Positions 54,131 to 64,000 of a stretch of 64,000 nt of DNA are shown piece after piece (position 1 is the first letter of the stretch; every line of letters begins with the position of its first letter). Location of the stretch: NCBI GenBank assembly GCA_951406725.2, contig OX597820.1, positions 103,726,001-103,790,000 of the forward strand, in the 5' to 3' direction. The notes beneath the pieces are model-generated. The model saw only the letters and a list, made by a program, of their open reading frames with translations. It searched no databases and was not told the DNA's origin. Source of the stretch: Octopus vulgaris (Eukaryota). The position numbers were made by a program, and so were the translations under genes.

Positions 54131-56462
54131 CTTCTATTTCTTTGGTACTTACATTATTATGCTATACAGGTCAGATTTTAAATACCGACCTAATAATAAA
54201 ATAGGTCGGTATTTTGGTGAATCCACTCTGGGGATTCCTCGTATCTACAAGACTCAAGATTTTCTATTGGAGTAAAGTAAAATGGACAACGTTGGAGACT
54301 GGCATACATTCCTTCAGGAGCTCAGCTGAAATTTTACATTATGAGATCTGAATTTATAGATAGATAGATAGTATCGCTTAACAAGAAAGGCAACGCCCAT
54401 CAACCTTTTCAGGCCTCCGAGCTGGAAGGAAGCACGCTTGCAACCGAGTAGACTCTGCAAATTACAACCAGATATTAGGTGATTGTGTTAAAACTGGCGA
54501 CGGATTAAGTTTACCAGCCTTATATAAATGATATAAGGCGTTGATCGAATTACATACACATGATGATCTCAGAAAGTGCCGAGAAAGAATTCTGGCATGC
54601 ATCGGCTTGTTAAAGTTTGTTCGATTCTTCGTATTAAGAACTGGAGTAGAGTGGTAAATGATGTATCGTTTCTTTGAAAGCAGAGGTCACAGCATTTGTT
54701 TATACATTTTTAAGCGCTTATTTATTTAATACTACCCGTGTGATACTGTTAGTCACTCCTTCGTCTCTTGCTTTCCACATATGCTTTGAGAGGGCTGTAA
54801 CGTTCTCTGATCTGCTGATTCGCCTTTAGAATAATTTGTCTTTGCTTCACCTGTACCTGTCAATAGGGAACCTCTTCGCGACCGTTCAAACTGCTAGAAA
54901 TTGCAGCTTGTCCTTTCCAAATCAAACAGTATCTTAAATAAGTATAGGACACACGTTAAGCAACGTAATTCTACAAACTCCTAAATAGACAATAGGATCA
55001 ATACTAGAAAACATTTGATAAAAATTTTGTCCAATCAAAGGTGGGAGACGACATATATATACATACAAATATGCCAGATTGTTCGCCATAACATACAAAC
55101 CACTAACTTCCTTTGCCTTGCTATGAGTATAAATTGGCAACTATAGTGCTTAGATTCGAACTCCTAGAATGCATATTCATATGTTATGGTCATCAAAGAT
55201 CACAGTGAAGTCGAAGACGAATCCCGACGTATTCTGTTGACAGCTCTTACAGTGGATTTTCAACAGTGAATAAATATTTTAGTTGTAATTGCTCAGATAT
55301 CAGCTATGTACTGCTAACCCATCAGATTACTAGAACCGAACCAACAAAACACTCAATACGAAATAAAAGAAAGTAAACTAATACAGGTGACTACGTGATC
55401 ATTCTACCTGCTAGAAAACGCAGCCAAATGTCCTACTTAGCTTTTAGCTTTTTTAACAAAACGAGGAACGAGGAGGTGTATTGAAGGCATACATAATAAA
55501 TGTCTACATACAATGTATGGGAAAAGACATGAGGGACTTCATATAAGGGTTAGGGTTTTCTCTTATGCACATGAGAATATAGGAAAGTTGGTTTTAGGGC
55601 TGAAACTGTACCTGAGTCTTAATATGAATTGTATTATTTTTTTAAACTGGCATTCCATTTTTATAAATATGTAATACAATTTTTTTAAAAACTACAATTC
55701 GTTTTAAGAGTAGAGTACTTTTTCAGCCCTAAAAACCAATTCTCCAGTATATGTGAGAGACAGACATCTGCACTCACATACATACAGTACCCATTTACAA
55801 CTAGATGGATAGATTCATTCATGGGTGAATGTTGTGCAAATAACAAAGGTTCGAACTGCAGTCAGTTCGGCCCGTAGCAATGTTGAAAGTTTTCTTTTTC
55901 ACTAAAGTCTGACAAGTTGCGTTTTTTTTTTGTTTTTTTGTTATAAAGTGAGATATAGTTGTTGTTGCTTTTGTACTTTCGTTTTCTGGGTTTTTTTTTG
56001 TTCTGTTTTTGTTTTTTCTATTTGATAACTTTATTCATGCATACATGTCTTCATTCCTATTTATCTAATGGTTTCTTGTGCTTTTCTTATGCCTACTTTT
56101 ATATGCTATAGGTTTACACCTCACGTTGATATATATATATATATATATACATACATATGTGTGTGTGTATACATATATAATACACACACGTACATATTCA
56201 TTTAAATATAATTCCATATTAAATTACTTAATAATTTTTTTTTTAAATATTTTAGGAATTTTTTAATAGTCGCTATAGCACACAATTAGATATTTTCGTC
56301 TTGGTTTCATGACTTCATGCGACTGTTTAAAAATATACCATGGACTTTTACATAAATAGAATCTATGAATACAGATGTGTCTTTGTATTGATACGTCCAT
56401 GTGCCTCTGTGTGTGTGTGTGCGCGCGCGCGAGTTTACAAGTGTTTGTGTAGTATATGTATG

Positions 56463-56497
<35 letters not shown>

Positions 56498-57342
56498 TCC
56501 TTATCTTATATTAAACTTTTTAATACTTTTTGATAATTATATTTTTAAAAATAATAAAAATAATATATTAATATATATATATGTATATATATATAAAAAT
56601 TTATAAGTATAAATTAATAATTTAAATAATTTTTTTAAATTTTAACTTTAAATTTAAATTTTGAATTTTATATTTTATATATTTTGTATATTATATTAAT
56701 TAATTTTATTTCTATGTATTGGTTTATGTTTTTCACTGTTTGATTTGCCTAATAGTGGTTTTATCTCTAATTTAATATATATATATATATATATATAAAA
56801 ATTTGCACACATATACACACCCTAACACTATGAATGCACATATATCTTCGAGACAGAGACGACAGCAAGGTACATCTAAATTAATACATACAAGCGAGTA
56901 ACAGTTTTTTATTGTGGGCGTGGCATATTGTCAGAGTTGTGCATAGTCGAGAGTTACGCACATGCAAACATGTACACACACACATGCAAACATGTACACA
57001 CACACATACATACATAAACGTGAGTGTGTATGAATATTGATAATATATATATAAACCACCCAAATGGGAACCAAATCAATTACTTTATGTGTGTATGGGG
57101 AGCTCCTTCAGTTCATTCTATAAACATGCATGCACTCGCATCCAATCTTGCACTTGTGTGCTAATTATGACGCCTACATACGTGTATACTTATATACATA
57201 TATGTATGTGTGTATACTTATATACATATATGTATGTGTGTATACTTATATACATATATGTATGTGTGTATACTTATATACATATATGTATGTGTGTAAA
57301 CATATATACAGATACATATGAGCATTAGATATATAAACAATA

Positions 57343-57570
57343 AGGCGGCGAGCTGGCAGAAACGTTAGCACGCCCGGCGAAATGCGTAGCCGTATTTCGT
57401 CTGCCGCTACGTTCTGAGTTCAAATCCCGCCAAGTCGACTTTGCCTTTCATCCCTTCGGGGTCGATAAATTAAGTACCAGTTACCCACTGGGTCGATATA
57501 ATCGACTTAATCCGTTTTTCTGTCCTTGTTAGTCCTCTCTGTGTTTAGCCCCTTGTGGGTAGTAAAGAAA
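57343..57570 (+). mobile_element. SINE family B, full length, 17-bp TSD
   Basis: tagatatataaacaata at 57326-57342 and 57571-57587. Confidence 0.93.
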
Positions 57571-58055
57571 TAGATATATAAACAATAGTGCAGTTAGATT
57601 CATATGCGCAGCTGCAAAAGTGTCCCGTTGAGTGAGTGTATGTAGACGGTTAAACGGTTGTCGCTGAACCGCTCCCATACGGACGTGCGCGCGCGGTAAT
57701 GTGTGTGGGTAATTTATGCAATAGTGCAGAGATATATGCGTGCAAAATATAAAGAGACATTGGGTGGAGCAAGGAGAGAAAGAATTGAGACATTGAATAA
57801 GGTTTGTCAGGTTGGCTAACCGCATAGATAGTGTGCAGTCTAGTTTATAAGTACAACTACAGTTTGCTTAGCTGAGAGAAATGGCGGAGCACCGAACAAA
57901 TAATTTTATTCAGCTCTGTTCTGAGTTGAAATACCGCTTGAGGGTGACTTTGCAGTTATATTTCCATATTATACATGTATGTGACCGGAGAACCGATTCA
58001 GCCACCTTCTGTACAATACAAATGCTTTTAAATTTCATGTTGAAACAGTATTAAT

Positions 58056-58283
58056 GCGAGCTGGCAGAAACGTTAGCACGTCGGGCGAAATGCTTACCGG
58101 TATTTCGTCTGCCGTTACGTTCTGAGTTCAAATTTCGCCGAGGTCGACTTTGCCTTTCATCCTTTCGGGGTCGATTAAATAAGTACCAGTTACGCACTGG
58201 GGTCGATGTAATCGACTTAATCCGTTGTCTGTCCTTGTTTGTCCCCTTCTGTGTTTAGCCCCTTGTGGGTAGTAAAGAAACAG
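58056..58283 (+). mobile_element. SINE family B
   Basis: near-identical to the 57343 copy. Confidence 0.9.
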
Positions 58284-58787
58284 ATATAGTAATTATATTA
58301 CTTATGTAGACGTTTGTTTCGAATACAAATCAGCATATTATGTACGTTAAAGCTATAGAGCCCTTTAAAAAATGAGCACTGTGGCATACAGATGTACCCC
58401 GAGATGCAGCAAGGGCGGAGAAATTCGTAAAATTGTAGTATTAAAATGGGGTAAAATGCTTTTAAAAAAAACTTATAAATACTTGACAACTGTGTTTCAG
58501 TTTATTGAAATAAAGAGGTAATTTAAAAGTGTTCGTTTATGTGCTATCTTTGTGCCACCTTACTACAAACTGAACAGGGTTGCAGGGGAACAAAGAAAAC
58601 GCGAACTGAGCAAGTCCAGTGCCAACACCTTGCGTTGAGTCCCACCAGTGCCCAACCTGCAGCAGTCTTCCAGGGAGGAATCGGACTGATTGACCACAGT
58701 CACACACACCGTGTCCCGTCATCTTCGCCCAGGTGATGTCCTTGGTCATCGTCGACAACGACGGACGTATTGATCTAATAACATGTA

Positions 58788-59673
58788 CGAAGTCTGATCA
58801 ATAAGTATCCGGACTGTTGCCATAGTAACGAAGCCTGAGCATCCAGAGTGAAAGCGCTCGGCACAGATTGACCTTGAACTCTGCTGTGCATGCGCATTAA
58901 GTTTTGACGTTCTAGCTCACTTCCACTGTTTACAGCAGAGCTTGAAAGGAAAGTGTGTAGCATGTGATCGTAGCATTGACCATGACAGAGAACGTTGTCA
59001 TGGCGATACCTGCTCAGTGACCCACACAAAGTTGCAGAAGGTGTATGCAGAAGAGTGTATGAGCTGCACACAAGTGTACAAGTTCTTCAGACGTTTCCAA
59101 GATGGCCAAAAAATGTCGATATTGACGAACATTCTGAGAGACCTGCAACCAAAAGAACTGAGAAAAACATCACAGGTGTGCATACAGCTGTGAGAGGAAA
59201 TCGTCGAATCACCATCCGTTAGTTATTAGAGGATGTGCAGATTAGTTACGGTTCAGTTCAATCCATTATCACTGAAGATCTGGGTATGAGACGCGTGTCT
59301 ACCAAGTTTTAGCTATAACTACTTTCAGCTGACCAAAAAGACACTTGGGTCTCAGATCTTGATTCTATCGAAAACGATGAAAATTTTTGAAAACTTTGCG
59401 TAGGTCTCTGAAAAGGTATGGCCAATCGTTTGGAAAAATTTGATGCAGATCCTCTGCTCAACTCTCTCTCTCTCTCTCATGGTCATTGCGACGATCACAC
59501 GCTACACACCTTTCTTTCAAGCACTGCTGTAAATAGCGGGAGTGAGCTAGAACGTTCAAACTTGATGTGCATACACAGCAGAGTTCAAGGTCAATCTGTT
59601 CCAAGCGGCTTCATCTACGTGATTTAGCTTTGTTACGATGGCAACAGCCCTGATAGTTATTGCTCAGACCACG
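58788..59673 (+). mobile_element. foldback mariner derivative with ~200-bp inverted arms and TA TSD
   Basis: TA-cgaagtctgatcaataagtatccggactgttgccat ... atggcaacagccctgatagttattgctcagaccacg-TA; transposase N-terminal remnants on both strands. Confidence 0.88.
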
Positions 59674-60467
59674 TATGTATGTGTTTGTAAATGTGAAGTT
59701 ATGTGGTTTGCTGGTCACAGAGTAGGGTTCACGAACATAATATCGTGGGTTTGACTCCTCGAGCAAGTGATACGTTTTGTCTTAGAGCAAAACATCATTT
59801 CTCATTGTTCCAACTTACTTAGCTTCAAATGTGTTACGGTTGAGCACTGGTGCAGCCCTCTTCCCCCGTCTGTCACGTACACGATGTTCTGCTGAGTTAA
59901 GGATACTTCAGAGGCGTCTAAAATAACTTGCGAACACTAGTTCAAAACTATCAAACTTACCTCGCTAGCGAGAGACAGCCAAGCTTTGAGTACGCGTCTC
60001 TGTATGTGCGTGTGTGTGTGTGTGTGTTCGAAAGAAAGCATGTTTGCATTATAATATCGATTACACTCAAGATATTAAATTTCAAACCGCTTGGAATCGA
60101 ATCTACTCTGCTCGTGTATTGTATGCATGTGTGTGTATACATTCATGCGCGCACGCATACACATATTTTTTACCTAGTGCACATTGAATCGTCGTAGTGT
60201 TAGGTCAGAGTCGATTAAATCCAATGAAACTGATATTATTTATCAAGTTAGTATGATTTGCAATCTGGACATAGAAGGGTGACAATGAATGTTGCTGAGT
60301 TTTTAACTCGGCGCTTTTCTGCTTAAACCACCTCCAATGCCATGTATGTTCGTATTGTATAGATACTAGAATACAACGACTATCTTCCACTCTGTGTGTG
60401 TGTGTGTGTGTTAGACGTAAGTTTCATAAACTACAAAATATAAATATCCACACTTGAAACGTACCTG

Positions 60468-60967
60468 TTCTGGTCAGCCTGTAATGACATGCATAAGATC
60501 TGGTCATCAAATCTAAGTAGAGACTTCAAACTTGAAATCTTCAAAGCCACAGTCGAACCAATTCTACTATATGGCTCAGAAACCTGGACGTTATCAAAGA
60601 AGCTTGAGAGGCGGTTGGATGGAACCTACACTCGCCTCCTTATGAGAGCTCAAAATCTCTCGTGGAGGCGCCATCCAACCAAAATGCAAATATATGGGAA
60701 ACTACCACCTGTGTCATCTCTTGTGAAAGGTAGGAGAGTCCAGTTTGCTGGACATTGTTGTAGAGCTGAAAAAGAGGTAATTTCTACTCTTCTCCACTGG
60801 AAGCCATCTGCTCGCAATACCAGAGGGCGCACACTCTCCTACCCTGATGTAATCTCCAGGGATACAGGCATCCAGCAACAGGACCTCCGTAATGCCATGA
60901 TGGACCGTGAAGTCTGGCGTAGCATGGTAAATTCCATTGTCTCGACCACGGTCGAACAATGATGATG
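60468..60967 (+). mobile_element. RTE-clade LINE 3' fragment with uninterrupted reading frame
   Basis: FKATVEPILLYGSETWTL..RVQFAGHC..AMMDREVWR; (TGA)n tail. Confidence 0.9.
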
Positions 60968-61519
60968 GTAACTCTTTATCTCTGTTTGAATGCACGTGAA
61001 GGCATTTAGAATGCCCAAAATTACTTCTGCAAATGTGCTAAGCACTGATGCTGATGACAGTTTAATCAATAAACGTAGGAGCGAGGTAAATGCAGTAAAA
61101 ATAGGGGGCTATTGGGGCCTCATTTAAGCGGCCCTTCAGAAATTGGACCACCTTACGATACTCTCTGGGAGTTCATGGTATAAAATTCATTGTCATTACT
61201 CCGATTTGGTCGCTAATGCCATGTATTTAGTTTAAAATGCAGCAAAAAAAACAGGAGGGTCTGTGCGGCCCTAATTAGGTGGCCCTTAAAAAAAAAGACC
61301 CTCTTAGAACATTCCCTGGGATTAGGGGAGTTGCTGGTTTGAGTTTCGTTGTCCTTGCACCAAAAGAGAAGTTAACGAACATAAAAACAGAGAAATATCA
61401 CTCAAATTTATATACATGCACACACATTTTTTTATTCTTTTACTTGTTTGTCATTTAACTGCGGCCATCATGGAGCACCGTCGTTTTTTAGTCGAACAAA
61501 TCAACTCCAAGACTTAGTC

Positions 61520-61572
<53 letters not shown>

Positions 61573-62983
61573 TTGTATATATGTATATGTGTGTGCGTAT
61601 ATATATATATATGTATATGTGTGTGCGTATATATATATGTATATGTATACATATATTTGTATATATGTATACATATATTTGTATATATGTATATGCATAT
61701 ATATATATTTGTATACATATATTTGTATATATGTATATGCATATATATATATATGTATATATATATTTGTATATATGTGTATATATATTTGTATATATAT
61801 ATGTATATGCATATATATATATTTGTATACATATATTTGTATATATGTATATGCATATATATATATATGTATATATATATTTGTATATATGTGTATATAT
61901 ATTTGTATATATGTATATATATTTGTATATATGTATATATATATGTATATATATTTGTATATATGTATATATATTTGTATATATGTATATATATTTGTAT
62001 ATATGTATATATATTTGTATATATGTATATATATTTGTATATATGTATATATATATTTGTATATATGTATATATATATTTGTATATATGTATATATATAT
62101 TTGTATATATGTATATATATTTTTTTATAGATGTATGTGTATATATATATTTTTATAGATGTATGTGTATATATATATTTTTATAGATGTATGTGTATAT
62201 ATATATTTTTATAGATGTATGTGTATATATATATTTTTATAGATGTATGTGTATATATATATTTTTATAGATGTATGTGTATATATATATTTGCATAGAT
62301 GTATGTGTATATATATATATTTGTATGTATGTATGTATATATATATATTTGCATGTATGTATGTATATATATATATATTTGCATGTATGTATGTATATAT
62401 ATATATTTGCATGTATGTATGTATATATATATATTTGCATGTATGTATGTATATATATATATTTGCATGTATGTATATATATATATATTTGCATGTATGT
62501 ATATATATATATATATTTGCATGTATGTATATATATATATTTGTATGTATGTATATATATATATTTGCATGTATGTATGTATATATATATATTTGCATGT
62601 ATGTATGTATATATATATATTTGCATGTATGTATGTATGTATATATATATATTTGCATGTATGTATGTATATATATATATTTGCATGTATGTATGTGTGT
62701 ATATATATATTTGCATATATGTATGTGTATATATATATTTGCATATATATATATATATATGTATGTGTGTATATATATATTTGCATATATGTATGTGTAT
62801 ATATATATTTGCATATATATATATATATATATATATTTGTATATATGTATGTGTATATATGTATGTGTCTATATATACATTTGTATATATGTATGTGTCT
62901 ATATATACATTTGTATATATGTATGTGTCTATATATACATTTGTATATATGTATGTGTCTATATATACATTTGTATATATGTA

Positions 62984-63031
<48 letters not shown>

Positions 63032-63839
63032 TGTGTATATATATATATTTGTATATATGTATATCTATATATTTGTATGTGGTTAGAGTCACGGTCGAGG
63101 GATCGCAGGTTCAACTCTCAGACCGGGCGATGTATGTGTTTATGTGCGAAACACCTAAACTTCACGCGGCTCCAGCAGAAGGTAATGGCGAACTTCGGCT
63201 GACTCTTTCGCCACAGCTTTCTCTCACTCTTTCCTCCTGCATCTTGCAGCTCACCTGCGACGGACCGGCGTCCCGTCCAGGTGGGGAACCTATATGCCAA
63301 GGAAACCGGAAAACCGGCCCTTATGTGCTAGGCGTGGCTCGAGAAGGAACAAACAACATATATTTGTATATATGTATTTGTATATATGTGTATATATATA
63401 TATATTTGTGTATATGTGTGTATATATTTGTGTATATATATTTGTGTATATGTGTATATATATTTGTATATATGTATGTATATATATATTTGTATATATA
63501 TATATGTATGTATGTGTGTGTGTGTGTGTATATATTTGTATATGTGTGTGTATATATATTTGTATATGTGTGTGTATATATATTTGTATATATGTGTATA
63601 TATATATTTGTATGTGCATATGTGTATGTATATATACATTTGTATACATATACATGTTTATATATATAAATATATATATATATATATTTGTATGTGCATA
63701 TGTGTATGTATATATACATTTGTATACATATACATGTTTATATATATAAATATATATATATATATATTTGTAGGTATGTATATGTAAGGTGTATTTATGT
63801 ATGTATACATATGTCTGTGTCTATGTGTCTATTTGTGTG

Positions 63840-63881
<42 letters not shown>

Positions 63882-63935
63882 CACACACACACACACACTC
63901 ATACATACATACACACACACACATACATATATATA
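61520..63935. repeat. 2.4-kb TA-derived micro/minisatellite with successive 20-30 bp higher-order units
   Basis: blocks such as (TATATATATTTGTATATATG)n, (ATAGATGTATGTGTATATATATATTTTT)n and (TTTGCATGTATGTATGTATATATATATA)n. Confidence 0.95.
63078..63358 (+). mobile_element. SINE family C
   Basis: high identity to 43527-43789. Confidence 0.9.
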
Positions 63936-64000
63936 GTTAGTGTGTTGGAGGTTACGCGATTAGATTGATAGATGAAAGTATTCATTAGATACATTCTTGG

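Noticed and set aside
56264-56334. Minus-strand hairpin with gtc/gac-GAAA resembling a hammerhead
   Set aside because: The CUG of the core is missing, so it cannot be told from chance
50092-64000. Further calpain exons (expected E..P.F..G....D..QG.LGDCW)
   Set aside because: Not found by eye; they probably lie beyond the window, though a short exon could have been missed

Overview
AT-rich, microsatellite- and transposon-saturated animal DNA. The SINE families and (TA)n/(TATG)n load suggest an octopus (coleoid cephalopod); this is inference. Only one host coding exon is supported: the first coding exon of a calpain-family protease (49879-50091, +). It is followed by a repeat-filled intron running past the window end. 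Nearly all other ORFs in the track are microsatellite artefacts or decayed transposons: hAT, Buster, Tc1/mariner, Helitron, CR1/L2, RTE, R4/Dong, HERO and three tRNA-derived SINE families. The main non-obvious signal is a set of type I hammerhead ribozyme (HHR) motifs of the minimal, palindromic-stem-III kind known from Penelope-like elements and non-LTR retrozymes. The best case is a young 548-bp non-coding unit repeated about 2.1 times plus an inverted partial copy, embedded in (TA)n at 12621-14060 and carrying three HHRs. At least six other sequence-unrelated HHR or HHR-remnant elements occur across the window, most next to TA microsatellites. Coordinates were counted by hand and boundaries of decayed repeats are approximate.
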